IMG/VR virus record: IMGVR_UViG_3300036796_000273
Span: 1 to 36,449 of that record
Length of the DNA stretch: 36,449 nt
DNA from: a virus
Lineage: Duplodnaviria; Caudoviricetes
Strand: one strand, 5' to 3'
Shown: in pieces, positions 1 through 10,453 of the stretch
How the letters are laid out: every line of letters begins with the position of its first letter
How positions within the stretch are numbered: the stretch's first letter is position 1
Made by a program: the position numbers and the translations under genes
The notes under the pieces: generated by a model
Databases searched by the model: none
Told to the model about the DNA's origin: nothing
The model's input: only the letters and a program-made list of their open reading frames with translations

Positions 1-1434
1 ATGTTCAAGAACGCATTTGCAAACCTGCAAAAAGTAGGTAAGTCGCTAATGCTGCCGGTATCCGTATTGCCTATCGCAGGTATCCTGCTGGGCGTCGGTT
101 CCGCCAACTTTAGCTGGCTACCGGCGGTAGTCTCACACGTGATGGCGGAAGCCGGCGGTTCCGTTTTCGCCAACATGCCGCTGATTTTTGCCATCGGTGT
201 TGCCCTGGGCTTCACCAATAACGACGGTGTCTCCGCGTTAGCTGCAGTAGTGGCTTACGGCATCATGGTGAAAACCATGGCGGTGGTTGCACCGCTGGTG
301 CTGCACCTGCCGGCTGAAGAAATTGCGGCCAAACACCTGGCGGATACCGGTGTGCTCGGGGGGATTATCTCCGGCTCCATCGCTGCCTATATGTTTAACC
401 GATTCTTCCGCATTCAGTTGCCGGAATATCTGGGCTTCTTTGCCGGTAAGCGCTTTGTGCCGATTATCTCCGGCCTGGCGGCAATCGTTCTGGGCGTAGT
501 GCTTTCCTTTATCTGGCCTCCAATCGGTACGGCTATCCAGACCTTCTCCCAGTGGGCGGCTTATCAGAACCCGGTAGTGGCGTTTGGTATCTACGGCGTG
601 GTTGAACGTGCGCTGGTGCCGTTCGGTCTGCACCATATCTGGAACGTGCCGTTCCAAATGCAGATTGGTGAATACACCAACGCAGCGGGTCAGGTGTTCC
701 ACGGCGATATTCCACGTTATATGGCGGGTGACCCAACTGCGGGTAAACTGTCCGGTGGCTTCCTGTTCAAAATGTACGGTCTGCCTGCTGCGGCGATTGC
801 CATCTGGCACTCAGCCAAGCCGGAAAACCGCGCTAAAGTCGGCGGTATCATGATCTCCGCTGCGCTGACCTCGTTCCTGACCGGTATCACCGAGCCGATC
901 GAGTTCTCCTTCATGTTCGTTGCGCCGATCCTGTACGCAATCCATGCCATCCTGGCTGGCCTGGCGTTCCCGATCTGTATCCTGTTGGGGATGCGTGACG
1001 GCACCAGCTTCTCACACGGTCTGATCGACTTTATCGTCCTGAGCGGCAACAGCAGCAAAATCTGGCTGTTCCCAATCGTCGGTATCATCTACGGTCTGGT
1101 GTACTACACCATCTTCCGCGTGCTGATTGCCAAGCTGGATCTGAAAACCCCAGGTCGTGAAGACACGGTTTCTGAGCAGGTTGCACAGGGCGGTTCTGAA
1201 ATGTCTGCGGCGCTGGTTCAGGCCTTTGGCGGTAAAGACAACATCACCAACCTGGATGCCTGCATCACCCGTCTGCGCGTTAGCGTGGCGGACGTGAGCA
1301 AGGTTGACCAGGCTGGCCTGAAAAAACTGGGTGCTGCCGGCGTCGTTGTCGCAGGCTCGGGCGTTCAGGCTATCTTTGGTACCAAATCTGACAACCTGAA
1401 AACGGATATGGACGAATACATCCGTAATCATTAA
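1..1434 (+). CDS. ptsG: PTS glucose-specific EIICB component (host gene)
   Basis: 477 aa starting [20 protein letters not shown]; GITEP motif in EIIC; DACITRLR phosphorylation-site motif in EIIB. Confidence 0.98.
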   Translation: MFKNAFANLQKVGKSLMLPVSVLPIAGILLGVGSANFSWLPAVVSHVMAEAGGSVFANMPLIFAIGVALGFTNNDGVSALAAVVAYGIMVKTMAVVAPLVLHLPAEEIAAKHLADTGVLGGIISGSIAAYMFNRFFRIQLPEYLGFFAGKRFVPIISGLAAIVLGVVLSFIWPPIGTAIQTFSQWAAYQNPVVAFGIYGVVERALVPFGLHHIWNVPFQMQIGEYTNAAGQVFHGDIPRYMAGDPTAGKLSGGFLFKMYGLPAAAIAIWHSAKPENRAKVGGIMISAALTSFLTGITEPIEFSFMFVAPILYAIHAILAGLAFPICILLGMRDGTSFSHGLIDFIVLSGNSSKIWLFPIVGIIYGLVYYTIFRVLIAKLDLKTPGREDTVSEQVAQGGSEMSAALVQAFGGKDNITNLDACITRLRVSVADVSKVDQAGLKKLGAAGVVVAGSGVQAIFGTKSDNLKTDMDEYIRNH

Positions 1435-1453
1435 TTCAGGCAGGGGAGTTTTG

Positions 1454-1478
1454 AGGGAGGCGAAAGCCTCCCTTTTTT
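1454..1478 (+). terminator. Intrinsic terminator of ptsG
   Basis: AGGGAGGC-GAAA-GCCTCCCT hairpin followed by a T run. Confidence 0.9.
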
Positions 1479-1519
1479 ATTTGTTTTTTCATTGATTTAT
1501 AAGAGTTTTTTATTTTTAT

Positions 1520-1527
1520 TGTCCACA
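1520..1527 (-). promoter_or_regulatory. Candidate integrase arm-binding site
   Basis: TGTGGACA on the minus strand matches the P2 Int arm consensus as recalled; lies in the AT-rich gap between the host terminator and ogr. Confidence 0.45.
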
Positions 1528-1582
1528 TTAAGACCCAAGGTGAACGATAAAGCACAACTGCCCACATCTGCGGGCAGCCTGA

Positions 1583-1804
1583 TTAGCCAAAGATCAATGA
1601 GGTTTGTCCGCTGCTTTTGGGGTGAGGCTGGACGGGATCCACGGTTTGCGGTTGGGAAATCATTCGGGTAAAGGTTTCATGACTCACAAATGTGCCCCCA
1701 CAATTGATATTGGTGCACTGGTTGTAACGTTCTTTGGTGGTTGAGGTGATATAGCTCGATGATCGGGTGTGCGCGGCCTGGCCGCAAAGTGGACAATGCA
1801 TCAT
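1583..1804 (-). CDS. ogr: Ogr/Delta-family late gene activator
   Basis: MMHCPLCGQAAHTRSS...YNQCTNINCG C4 zinc finger; start moved to the MMHC ATG at 1804. Confidence 0.95.
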   Translation of the reverse strand: MMHCPLCGQAAHTRSSSYITSTTKERYNQCTNINCGGTFVSHETFTRMISQPQTVDPVQPHPKSSGQTSLIFG

Positions 1805-1877
1805 GGCGGGATCCTCCGAGATGCCCTGACTATGGTCAGTGTTGCTAATAATTATCCACAATTATTGCTGTTTTGCA

Positions 1878-2969
1878 TTACTCCATTTCCAAATCGTCAA
1901 TCTTGACCTCCAAATCGAGGGCGGTGGTAAAACCGCTGTTGCTCAATGAATGCGTCACTTTAACCAATGTCCAGTTGGCCTCATCAATCTCCTTTTTGAA
2001 ACCTGAAACTGTGACCGGCGCTTCCGGGTAAATGTCTGCGCGCCCGTGCGCAAGCTGAATAGAGAAGGTGGCAACGCCACGCTGAATACGTTCCCAGTTC
2101 GCTTTTGCCGCTCGCTGCGCATTAAATTTCGATGCGTAGGTGTGACGCAGTACCAACACATTTTCATCAGTGCCGATCAGGTATTCCCCCTGTTTTTTAT
2201 CGGCAACGGCAGGTTTCTTAACCCGACGGCGTTTAACCTTCACCTGTTCGCTTTTTGCCGTGCGGGTATTGAGCCAGTTGGCCACCATGCCGGTATAGGC
2301 TCCCCGGTCGGTTAGCGTGAATTGATGACTATCACCTGACTGACGGTTAATAACGATTGCCGGGATCGGTTTTCCTCCGGCGGTCATATTTTGGCCCTGT
2401 TTGAAAAACAGCAGATTGCCATTTTTTATGGCTGCCACCGCGCCATTCTCTTTCGCCAGGCGGGTGATAAAACTGCCGTCCGACTCGGTGGTTTGGTCGA
2501 TATGTCCGATCTGAATGTCTGCCACATTCTTGTTGATGACTGCGGCCAACTTATTACGGCTGGCAATGGTTCTGACAATAACCCCAATGGTTTTTTTATG
2601 GTAAGAGGCATCACGCTGTACGTTCAAGGTTTGCCGAAAATCGGCACTGCGGGCGGTTATGGTCAAAACGTCAGGCGCACCGGCATGCCCAATTTCATCA
2701 ACGACAAACGTCCCTTTATCGATCACCCCGGTATCTTTCCAGCCAAGTGCAACAGCCAGGCTGACGCCACGGCGGGGCAGCTTTAAATTGCCTTCGCTAT
2801 CGTCCAGTTCAATATTGATCTGGTCAGCCTCGAAACCCCGGTTATCAGTAAGCGTCAGGCTGATTAATTTCTCTCTTACCTTTCCGGTGATATCGACCCC
2901 CTCAATTGTAAGCGAGTAAGCCGGGGTATTATCGCCGCCGAGTTTGTCCAACGTATCGATCAGGCTCAT
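1878..2969 (-). CDS. D: Baseplate hub / late control protein gpD
   Basis: LTLTDNRGFEADQ and HIDQTTESD motifs; position next to ogr. Confidence 0.93.
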   Translation of the reverse strand: MSLIDTLDKLGGDNTPAYSLTIEGVDITGKVREKLISLTLTDNRGFEADQINIELDDSEGNLKLPRRGVSLAVALGWKDTGVIDKGTFVVDEIGHAGAPDVLTITARSADFRQTLNVQRDASYHKKTIGVIVRTIASRNKLAAVINKNVADIQIGHIDQTTESDGSFITRLAKENGAVAAIKNGNLLFFKQGQNMTAGGKPIPAIVINRQSGDSHQFTLTDRGAYTGMVANWLNTRTAKSEQVKVKRRRVKKPAVADKKQGEYLIGTDENVLVLRHTYASKFNAQRAAKANWERIQRGVATFSIQLAHGRADIYPEAPVTVSGFKKEIDEANWTLVKVTHSLSNSGFTTALDLEVKIDDLEME

Positions 2970-3430
2970 GACAGGAACCCGCCGACGGTATCGGAAACTT
3001 GCCCGGCCAGGTCTTCAAACTGCTGAGACAAATCGCCGAACATGTCTTTTAACCCTTCATCCGTGCGCTTAAGCGTGATGGTGAATTCAATGCGGCGGGC
3101 GGAGCCATCAGCAAAGAATAGGGTTTTGGTGCGGCTCAGGCTCTCAATCACAAACATGCCATGTATTGCGCCGCTCCCCTCAATCAATGACCAGGCTTTG
3201 CCGGTCTCGGCCATTAATTGGATAGCCATCAGGGAAACCCGGCCCCCGGTTAATGCCGGCAGCAAAACGCCGCTCAGCGTGATGGTTTCATCATCCGGCC
3301 CCAGGAACTGGCTTTGTGGGCGAAGCCCGACGCGGCTATTGGTCGGATGACGCCACGCCATCTGGTGTTGAAACTCCTGGTATGGAACGGTTTGCAACAT
3401 GAATACAAACATGCCTAGTGCCATCATCAT
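2966..3430 (-). CDS. U: Tail protein gpU
   Basis: MMMALGMFVFMLQTVPYQ...QFLGPDDETITLSG; start refined to 3430. Confidence 0.93.
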   Translation of the reverse strand: MMMALGMFVFMLQTVPYQEFQHQMAWRHPTNSRVGLRPQSQFLGPDDETITLSGVLLPALTGGRVSLMAIQLMAETGKAWSLIEGSGAIHGMFVIESLSRTKTLFFADGSARRIEFTITLKRTDEGLKDMFGDLSQQFEDLAGQVSDTVGGFLS

Positions 3431-3441
3431 AATGATCGTCC

Positions 3442-6363
3442 TCACTCGATATCGTTAAAACTGCTGTTCGCTCTGGATCTTGCCTGCCGTTCCCGTGCAT
3501 CCAGTTGCCGCGCGACTTCCCGCGCAATGTCCTGTGGGGTGTGGTGGGCCTGAGCGATAATCTGAATAGGGGCGTGAATGTCGATGTAAGTAGCACTGCC
3601 CTGGTGATGTGATGTCGTGGCCCCTCGCGGGTACTGGCTCCCCGGCAGGCTGTAGGGATGCAAGGGGGCGTTGGTAGCGGTAGCGGGGCCACCCATAAAT
3701 AACGCGGCCACTGCCGCCATGGCGGCGGTATTCTTGCGACTGGTGACATTAGCCGGCCCGTTGACAATTTCCGGGCCATATTCGCCCACCACGCCAAATT
3801 TCCCCAGCGGGATCCTGCCACCGCCGTCGTGTTCACCGGTGTAGCGGTGGCGTATTGCCGCTACTGAGTTGCCTTGTGGGCCGGGCGTCAATACCACACC
3901 AGCTCGGCGGGCCGCATCGGCAACGGCGGGGTTCGTCTGCGCTAAGATGCGCGTTTTTTCTGACTTGGTTTTAACTTCATCCAGTTTGCCCAGCACCCAT
4001 TTAATTGATTCTATGAGTAGTTTCAGCGGGGTAAGGGCTAATTCAATGCCGGCCGCCAGAAACTCACCGAACTTTTTCCCCGCTGATGCCGCGCTATCCA
4101 AATCTTTTTTGGTCGACTTTACCGGCGTTAGAAGATCGGTAAACCAACCCCACAAGGCTTTAACTTTGTCACCAATCCAGGTGAATACCGGCATTAGTGG
4201 TGCGAAAGCGTCTTTAATGGGGGCTGCCGCAGTTTTAAACCCATCAACCACGCCGCCCAGGAAAGCTTTGATGGGTTTCCAATATTTGTAAATCAGCAGG
4301 CCCGCGCCGACGACAGCGGCAGTGATCAGCCCAAGCGGGCTAACCAAAATGCCGAACATGCTCCCCAGTCCGCCCAGGGCAAAACGAAGGAAGCGCAGTG
4401 GGGATTTTGCCAGCCAGGCAAACACGCGGCCAATCCCCTTAATCCCTTTGGTTGCCGTCTGTAGCGGCGAAGATGCAAAAGACACGACAGCGCGGCCAGC
4501 ACCGCCAAGAAGCTGTTTGGAAAAGGTCAGTGCATTTTTACCCGCATCCAGAAGTTTTTTGCTAAAGCCAACAACCTGTTTTTTAGTGATCGGGGTGGTG
4601 CTGGCGAATTTCAGCATGCTGAGTGACAGGTTGGGCAGCAGTCGGATCCCGAGCTTGCGCGTACTGAATCGGAGCAGAGCGAACGGCCCCAGCAAGCCGA
4701 CAACGGCAATGGCCAGCGTACCGACAACGGTGGTTAAAATGGCAGCGGCTGCGCCAATTTTGACGATGGCGGCGCTGACTTTCGGATGCTCTTTCAGGAA
4801 TTCCGCGACACCGTGTAAAAAGTTGCTGATACCTTCTGCTGTTTTACGCAGCCAGCCGTCATTTTTCTCAAATAATTCAACACTGATATTTTCCAGAGCG
4901 GCAAGTAACAGCGTCATGTCACCCTTCAAGTTATCCAGCATGGTACTGGAAACCCGCCGGGCCTCCCCGTCATACTCACCCGGCGCGCCACGCATCTGTT
5001 GCAGCTTGCCGTCCGACGCTGCCCGCATCAGTTCACCAAATCCGGTGACCGCATACATGCCGGCAATGTCTTTAAAAATCTTGCCGCGATCGACGTTGCC
5101 CATTTTTGACGTTTTTTTGTCGATATCCTGGAGAATATCGACCAAATCACGCATGTTGCCGTCTTTATCTTTAGTTGTTACGCCCAGCTTTTTCACCGTG
5201 GCGCTGTTACCGATACGGCTCAGAATGGCTCGCATCGCTGTACCCGCCTGGCTCCCCTGAATACCGGCATTACCCATAATGGCCGTGGCGGCGGATACGG
5301 TTTCCAGGCTTTGCCCGTACTCACGCCCGACACCGGCGGAATATTTCAGTGATTCACCGAGCATGGGGATATCCACGTTATTCCGGGTAAACAGGGCGGT
5401 TAGCACGTCGGCTACCCTGTCCATTTTATCCGCAGGGATCCCCATGGCCGTTTGGATGTTTGACGCAATATCTGCCGTGGTACCAAGGTCGATGTCACCG
5501 GCAGCGGCCAGATTCAACATCCCCGGCATCGCTTTGATAACTTGCTGGGGTGAATAGCCGGTTCTGCCAAGGAAATATTGCCCCTCGGCCACCTGGAGGT
5601 CGGTGAATTTTGACGATAGCGGCAAGGTTCGCGCCTGGTGCCGCAAAGACTGCATTTGCGGATCGGCTTTGGTTGGGATGCGGGTCACTGCCTGGGTTTT
5701 ACTCATCATCGCATCGAAGTCATAGCCCACATGCAGGGCGTCAACCAGCCCACGGCCCATGGCGCGCCCGGTGGCCATTGACGTATAACCCACCCCGGCG
5801 GCCATCACTTTGCGCTGATTGCTTTCATCAAACTGATGGCGCGCGGCATTAAGCCGCTTTTGTTGCCGGGCCTGTTGGTCTAATCGTTTCTGTTGCGCGG
5901 ACAATGCGCCCGTTACCCCGGTGATGTTAGACCGCAGTGAACGCTGAGCCTCACCCAATCGATTTGTCGCTACGCCGCTGTTTTGCAGGGCGGTGCGCTG
6001 GTTTTGCAGTGAAAGACGCAGATCTGCGAATTTCTGTTGAAGTTTGGCCGCTTCTTCCCTGGCTTTCTGAAATTGGCGGGCCTGCTTGGCGGTCGGGCCG
6101 TCCGTGGATTTCAATGCTACAGCCAGAGCGCGCGCTTTTTCACGGGCCGTGCTTAGTGCTTGTGCGGCGGCAGCAACCTGGGTCTTTGTCTTGCGGAAGC
6201 CGTCAATTTTTCCGGCCTGAGTATCAAGCTGTTTTAACTGGTCTTTTGTGGCTTTAACCGACGCGGCCAGCGCTTTATTGCTGGCCTGCATGGATTTGAA
6301 CGGGCGGGTGATCTTATCGACCGCACTCAGTAAAACCTGCAACCGGAGGTTTTTGTCACTCAT
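3442..6363 (-). CDS. T: Tail tape measure protein gpT
   Basis: About 973 aa, Ala/Gly-rich, starts MSDKNLRLQVLLSAVDK; C-terminal GVVGEYGPEIVNGP. Confidence 0.93.
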   Translation of the reverse strand: MSDKNLRLQVLLSAVDKITRPFKSMQASNKALAASVKATKDQLKQLDTQAGKIDGFRKTKTQVAAAAQALSTAREKARALAVALKSTDGPTAKQARQFQKAREEAAKLQQKFADLRLSLQNQRTALQNSGVATNRLGEAQRSLRSNITGVTGALSAQQKRLDQQARQQKRLNAARHQFDESNQRKVMAAGVGYTSMATGRAMGRGLVDALHVGYDFDAMMSKTQAVTRIPTKADPQMQSLRHQARTLPLSSKFTDLQVAEGQYFLGRTGYSPQQVIKAMPGMLNLAAAGDIDLGTTADIASNIQTAMGIPADKMDRVADVLTALFTRNNVDIPMLGESLKYSAGVGREYGQSLETVSAATAIMGNAGIQGSQAGTAMRAILSRIGNSATVKKLGVTTKDKDGNMRDLVDILQDIDKKTSKMGNVDRGKIFKDIAGMYAVTGFGELMRAASDGKLQQMRGAPGEYDGEARRVSSTMLDNLKGDMTLLLAALENISVELFEKNDGWLRKTAEGISNFLHGVAEFLKEHPKVSAAIVKIGAAAAILTTVVGTLAIAVVGLLGPFALLRFSTRKLGIRLLPNLSLSMLKFASTTPITKKQVVGFSKKLLDAGKNALTFSKQLLGGAGRAVVSFASSPLQTATKGIKGIGRVFAWLAKSPLRFLRFALGGLGSMFGILVSPLGLITAAVVGAGLLIYKYWKPIKAFLGGVVDGFKTAAAPIKDAFAPLMPVFTWIGDKVKALWGWFTDLLTPVKSTKKDLDSAASAGKKFGEFLAAGIELALTPLKLLIESIKWVLGKLDEVKTKSEKTRILAQTNPAVADAARRAGVVLTPGPQGNSVAAIRHRYTGEHDGGGRIPLGKFGVVGEYGPEIVNGPANVTSRKNTAAMAAVAALFMGGPATATNAPLHPYSLPGSQYPRGATTSHHQGSATYIDIHAPIQIIAQAHHTPQDIAREVARQLDARERQARSRANSSFNDIE

Positions 6364-6843
6364 CACTTGCCCCGCTGCGGATAATGGCTTTGTGCCGCCA
6401 TTCCAACAGCTCGGCCAGCGGCATCAGGTCGGTAACGGTTGGCGGCCAGTGGAAGACGGCGGCGATGTCCGCCGTCAGGTCTTCAACGGTTAGCTGTTCA
6501 GGAAATCGGATCTGACCGAACTCGGTAAGAAAAAAAGTGCCAGCGCTTGAGACAACTGATACAGGTCTGCCGGATCCAGACTGGCCACTTCGTTAGCCGT
6601 CAGGGTCGGGGAAGTGATACGCGGCAACACGGTGATCAGTGAATTGACGTCAGTTTCAATCAGCTCCTGCAAACGGGTACCACGCAGCGCGCCGGCGTTT
6701 GGCTTGTTGACGGTCACTTCGGTGATTTTTGTGGTGCCGCGCAGGACAGGAACGTCCAGGATCACCGGTTTGTTCAGCAATTCGGTAACGGTATTGCTCT
6801 GACCATCATCAATTTCAGTGCTTACCGTTTTATCGTTTTTCAT
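6356..6843 (-). CDS. E: Tail assembly chaperone gpE (6490-6843) and its -1 frameshift extension E+E' (to 6356)
   Basis: gpE ORF with a T7 slippery run at 6530-6536; the -1 frame reads ...ADIAAVFHWPP...ELLEWRHKAIIRSGASDE, the P2 E' signature. Confidence 0.9.
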
Positions 6844-6919
6844 TGTTTAACCTTCATTTTATTTGGTTTACCGACCCCAGAGCGGGGCCATGGAACATCA
6901 ATGCATGAAAGCAGGGCGG

Positions 6920-7435
6920 TTACAGACCGATAGCGCGGCGGTGTTCCGCCAGGCGGTCAACGCCATCAACGATTTCGATCATGTTCACCACGTCGATTTC
7001 AAGCAGGACAGCGCCGTCCATTGTCAGTTTGTAATAGGTGTTTTTGGCGCTGAGTTTGGTTTGCGTGTTGTCGCCCTGTTTGTAGTTACCGAAGTCAAAC
7101 TCGGAAAAACGACCACGCATGACCACTTCCACGGCGACAATTTCGCCGGTGTCATCGCGCTGGAAAGAGCCAACAAAACGCAGCAGTACCCCATCAACCT
7201 TGGCGATCCCCCACTGCTTATAAAGCTGGGCCTCAATACCGCCCAGGGTGATTTCTGCGTCCAGCGCACTATCATCGATCCCCAGATCAACGCCGGCGCT
7301 GCCGTTCATGCCGCCGCCGCGATACTGCTCAAGCTTTCGCGTCAGCTTCGGCAGGGTGATTTCTTCAACGACGCCCTGATAGTTGTTGGCGTCGTTGAAC
7401 AAGTTCAGGAATTTCAGTTTGCGTGGTAAGGCCAT
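6920..7435 (-). CDS. FII: Major tail tube protein
   Basis: MALPRKLKFLNLFNDA...YRGGGM. Confidence 0.96.
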   Translation of the reverse strand: MALPRKLKFLNLFNDANNYQGVVEEITLPKLTRKLEQYRGGGMNGSAGVDLGIDDSALDAEITLGGIEAQLYKQWGIAKVDGVLLRFVGSFQRDDTGEIVAVEVVMRGRFSEFDFGNYKQGDNTQTKLSAKNTYYKLTMDGAVLLEIDVVNMIEIVDGVDRLAEHRRAIGL

Positions 7436-7445
7436 CGCGTCCCCC

Positions 7446-8618
7446 TTAGCTGTTCACGTTCTGAGTAAAATTCATCAGATATTGGTCGGTGATACGCTGG
7501 CGCAGCAGCAGATTTTCAAGCGGCGGCACGGGCGTGTAGTTGTAGTCCAGCACCAACTTGCCCGCCTTAAGCGTGTCCTTATCGTTGGCCGCATCATCCA
7601 TCCAGCAATCGCCGTCGATAATGTAACCACCGGTTTTCAGTTCGCGGAATTTGGCCTTGATGCCTTCGATAATGTCTTTGGCAAGGGAAGGGTACATTGG
7701 CTGATCAACTGCCCACATTTGCGCCTCGGCCATGGTGTCGGCCAGCACCTGCGCGGTGCGGGTGTAGTTCTCAAACTGGAACAGCGGATCGTCCGAGCAG
7801 GTGCGGGAACCCCAGAAACGGAATCCGTCTTTGCGGATCAGCGTGGTGACGTCGTTTTGGTTCAGCAGATTGGCGTCGGTGGCCGTATCCTGCAAATCCC
7901 AATACACGTCGGCGCTAATCCCGGTCACGCCATTGACGCCGACGTTTGACAGGGTTTTGTGCCAGCCGGTTTGCTCATCAATCTTGGCACGTAAGCCCAG
8001 CGCGCGGGCCGTAGCGTAGGCGGTTGCTGATGCGTTGGTCACGCTATCCCAGCTCAGGAAGTCTGGCCAAATCAGCATGGCCTCACGCTGACTGAAATTT
8101 TTACGGTAGTCGATGGCTTCCGCCACGGTTTTGCAGCCGTGGGCGGACAGGTAAGCGAAGCCGCGCAGGCTCTGCGCGATAGCCAGCAATTCTGAGGCCA
8201 CGGCCTCATTATCATGACCGGGTACGCCCAGAATGCGGGGTTTTACACCAAGCTGGCTTTGCGCGGCCAGCAGGGCTTTCATGCCGGTTTTTTTGCCTTC
8301 GGTGGTTACGCCGCCGATGATGTTGGTGGTGGTTTCCGCCTCGGTGTCTCCCTGAGCAACACGAACAACCACGGTAATGGGCTTTGTCTGGTCGCCGATG
8401 GCGTCCAGCGAGCGGGCCAGGGTGCCGGATTCGCCGGCTTTACCGCTGGCGGTCAATACGTCGGTGAGCAATACGGGCGTGTTTAACGGGAATGTTTTCG
8501 CGTCGGCGTCATCACCGGTACAGACCAGCCCAACAATGGCCGTGCTGACGGTGGTAATGGTGCGGGTGCCTTCATTGATTTCCTGCACGCGCACGCCGTG
8601 GTGATAGTCTTGAGCCAT
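7446..8618 (-). CDS. FI: Tail sheath protein
   Basis: [19 protein letters not shown]...[16 protein letters not shown]; start refined to 8618. Confidence 0.96.
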   Translation of the reverse strand: MAQDYHHGVRVQEINEGTRTITTVSTAIVGLVCTGDDADAKTFPLNTPVLLTDVLTASGKAGESGTLARSLDAIGDQTKPITVVVRVAQGDTEAETTTNIIGGVTTEGKKTGMKALLAAQSQLGVKPRILGVPGHDNEAVASELLAIAQSLRGFAYLSAHGCKTVAEAIDYRKNFSQREAMLIWPDFLSWDSVTNASATAYATARALGLRAKIDEQTGWHKTLSNVGVNGVTGISADVYWDLQDTATDANLLNQNDVTTLIRKDGFRFWGSRTCSDDPLFQFENYTRTAQVLADTMAEAQMWAVDQPMYPSLAKDIIEGIKAKFRELKTGGYIIDGDCWMDDAANDKDTLKAGKLVLDYNYTPVPPLENLLLRQRITDQYLMNFTQNVNS

Positions 8619-8688
8619 TAGGTGGATCTCCTGTAACGGTGTTCCCCTATGGTGTCTGCGGCGGGCGGTTAACGCATGTGATGGGCTT

Positions 8689-8706
8689 TGTGTGAGGGAT
8701 GGCACA
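8689..8706 (-). promoter_or_regulatory. Ogr-binding site of the late F operon promoter
   Basis: TGT-N12-ACA (TGTGTGAGGGATGGCACA) upstream of FI. Confidence 0.8.
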
Positions 8707-8878
8707 AGGCGCGCGTGATCAATAAGGCGGTGAGGGAAACATAGGAGAGCAGCACGATCGTTTTAGCCGATCAATCCAGGCGCATTGATCTACACAACCA
8801 ATTGGACGGATTTTAATCAGATGGGTTACTGTCACTGGACAAGACGCGGCAACATCAGGGAAAGAACGCGCGACAGAG

Positions 8879-8912
8879 AACAGCCCGCAACCTATGTTAC
8901 GGGCTGTTTTTT
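8879..8912. terminator. Terminator hairpin after the tail fibre operon, possibly bidirectional
   Basis: Minus strand AACAGCCCGTAAC-ATAG-GTTGCGGGCTGTT; T run follows on the plus strand. Confidence 0.7.
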
Positions 8913-9339
8913 ATGCTTCGGGTACTGCGGGCCACGTAATATCCGGTGCGGCCGAAACGTCAATACGCGACAACAGCACACGGTATTTGCGCCATTCTGC
9001 ATACCGTTTCACCTCTTCATCGGTAGCTATCTCCAACTCTGCCGCATCTTGCAACGGGGCAATAATCACCGTCGCTTCCGCCAATAAATTTTGCCGTTGG
9101 CTTTCTGCCTCTGCAATGACTGCCTCTTTTGTCACTGGTGGAATGTTGCCCCATGCGGGGTGGCCATCAGCCCCGGCTTCGCGATATTTTCCCACTGGAG
9201 GCGGATTGATAAAGTATTCCATAAACACGGCATCCGTGATTTCAACCAAATCCTCCGGCAACGTTCCGGCAGTCTTATAGGCAGGCATGAGCGTTTGCGG
9301 ATAGGCAACATTTTGTGATGGTGAATAGTAGGTAGTCAT
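8911..9339 (-). CDS. Tail fibre assembly chaperone (gpG/Tfa)
   Basis: C-terminal IAPLQDAAELEIATDEE...WRKYRVLLSRID...ITWP motif. Confidence 0.9.
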   Translation of the reverse strand: MTTYYSPSQNVAYPQTLMPAYKTAGTLPEDLVEITDAVFMEYFINPPPVGKYREAGADGHPAWGNIPPVTKEAVIAEAESQRQNLLAEATVIIAPLQDAAELEIATDEEVKRYAEWRKYRVLLSRIDVSAAPDITWPAVPEA

Positions 9340-9340
9340 A

Positions 9341-10453
9341 TTAGTTCCCTATAGCATACCAGTGAATTGTCGGTGTATAGCCCAATACGCGAGATGTTAC
9401 AGACACACAGGCCTGAGTTCTGGAGCCTGCTATCCCATCGGGGCCGGCACTCATATTGGGACGAACAAACGTATTAAACTCACTTGTTTGGCTTTCAAAA
9501 GTCGAACCGGCCAGATTAATAAAATTGATGAGCGCGACGTTAGGAAAAGCAATGTGATAAAACGGCTTTGAGAAATGCGTATACCACGTAGTTCCGCCTA
9601 CAGATTCCGCGTTATGATTCCCTACTGGCGGCAGCGTCCACATCCCCCATTGAATGACGATCCCGGACGGTAGATATTGAATACCGTTCCCCTCTTTCAA
9701 GCCCTGAAAAAATGACATATCGGGCAGTTGAGCATCACCATTTCCCACGCCGCGCTTTGCTGCCGACTTCAGTCCCAGATTATTAAAAAACTCATCGATA
9801 TCGAGAATGTCAGCGCCATTTTGGTCTTTTGCCAAGCCGCCTTTTGCAAGGTCATAAGCCGCCTTTACGGCTTTCGGTGTTGCTGCCAGCGTCTCGTTGT
9901 TACTGTCGGTGGCACTGCTCAATTGCACGAAGCCTTTTTCTTTCAGCGTGCCGTTCGGGTGATTGCGCGATTTTGCATGCTGGCCGATTTGTTCATCAAC
10001 ATACTGCCGCGTTGCCAACACCACGGCCGGGTCAATCTTAAGCGTCACTGCCTCGGTGCTGGAGACAATCAGCACCATGCGAATGGTTTGCGTGCGGCCG
10101 CTGCCCTCTTGTAATTGCGGCTTGTAGGTCTCCGGGCAATTGGCGACCGCAATCAGCGTGCCATCAGTAGAAAACAGACCAATCTCTCGAATCCACCAAC
10201 CGCCCTCATTTTCCGGGATGATTTGCTCGGCGATAATCTGGCTGTCATTACCGGGGTCAATGGTCAACAGATTGATGGCCGCGCGACGCTTTTCCCCCTT
10301 AAGTGCCGTTTGCGCCGCGTCAGGCGTCGGCAGGACGCCACCGCCGTCCCCGACGGCGATATGCGTCAGGTCAACGCGGGTGCCGAGTGCGGTCGCATTT
10401 GCCAGGGCTGCCGCACCCTGATTGGTCAGAATGGCAAAGAATTTTGCTGTCAT
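9341..10453 (-). CDS. H: Tail fibre protein (gpH-like, short)
   Basis: P2 gpH N-terminus (EQIIPENEGGWWIREIGL; KGFVQLSSATDS repeat) with a variable C-terminal domain. Confidence 0.9.
   Translation of the reverse strand: MTAKFFAILTNQGAAALANATALGTRVDLTHIAVGDGGGVLPTPDAAQTALKGEKRRAAINLLTIDPGNDSQIIAEQIIPENEGGWWIREIGLFSTDGTLIAVANCPETYKPQLQEGSGRTQTIRMVLIVSSTEAVTLKIDPAVVLATRQYVDEQIGQHAKSRNHPNGTLKEKGFVQLSSATDSNNETLAATPKAVKAAYDLAKGGLAKDQNGADILDIDEFFNNLGLKSAAKRGVGNGDAQLPDMSFFQGLKEGNGIQYLPSGIVIQWGMWTLPPVGNHNAESVGGTTWYTHFSKPFYHIAFPNVALINFINLAGSTFESQTSEFNTFVRPNMSAGPDGIAGSRTQACVSVTSRVLGYTPTIHWYAIGN

Noticed and set aside
238-1431. Several alternative-frame and antisense ORFs within ptsG, and similar ones throughout the structural genes
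   Set aside because: Shadow ORFs of GC-rich coding sequence with no recognisable motifs.
8785-9280. Plus-strand ORFs of 100 and 128 aa
   Set aside because: They cross a terminator and are antisense to the tail fibre assembly gene.
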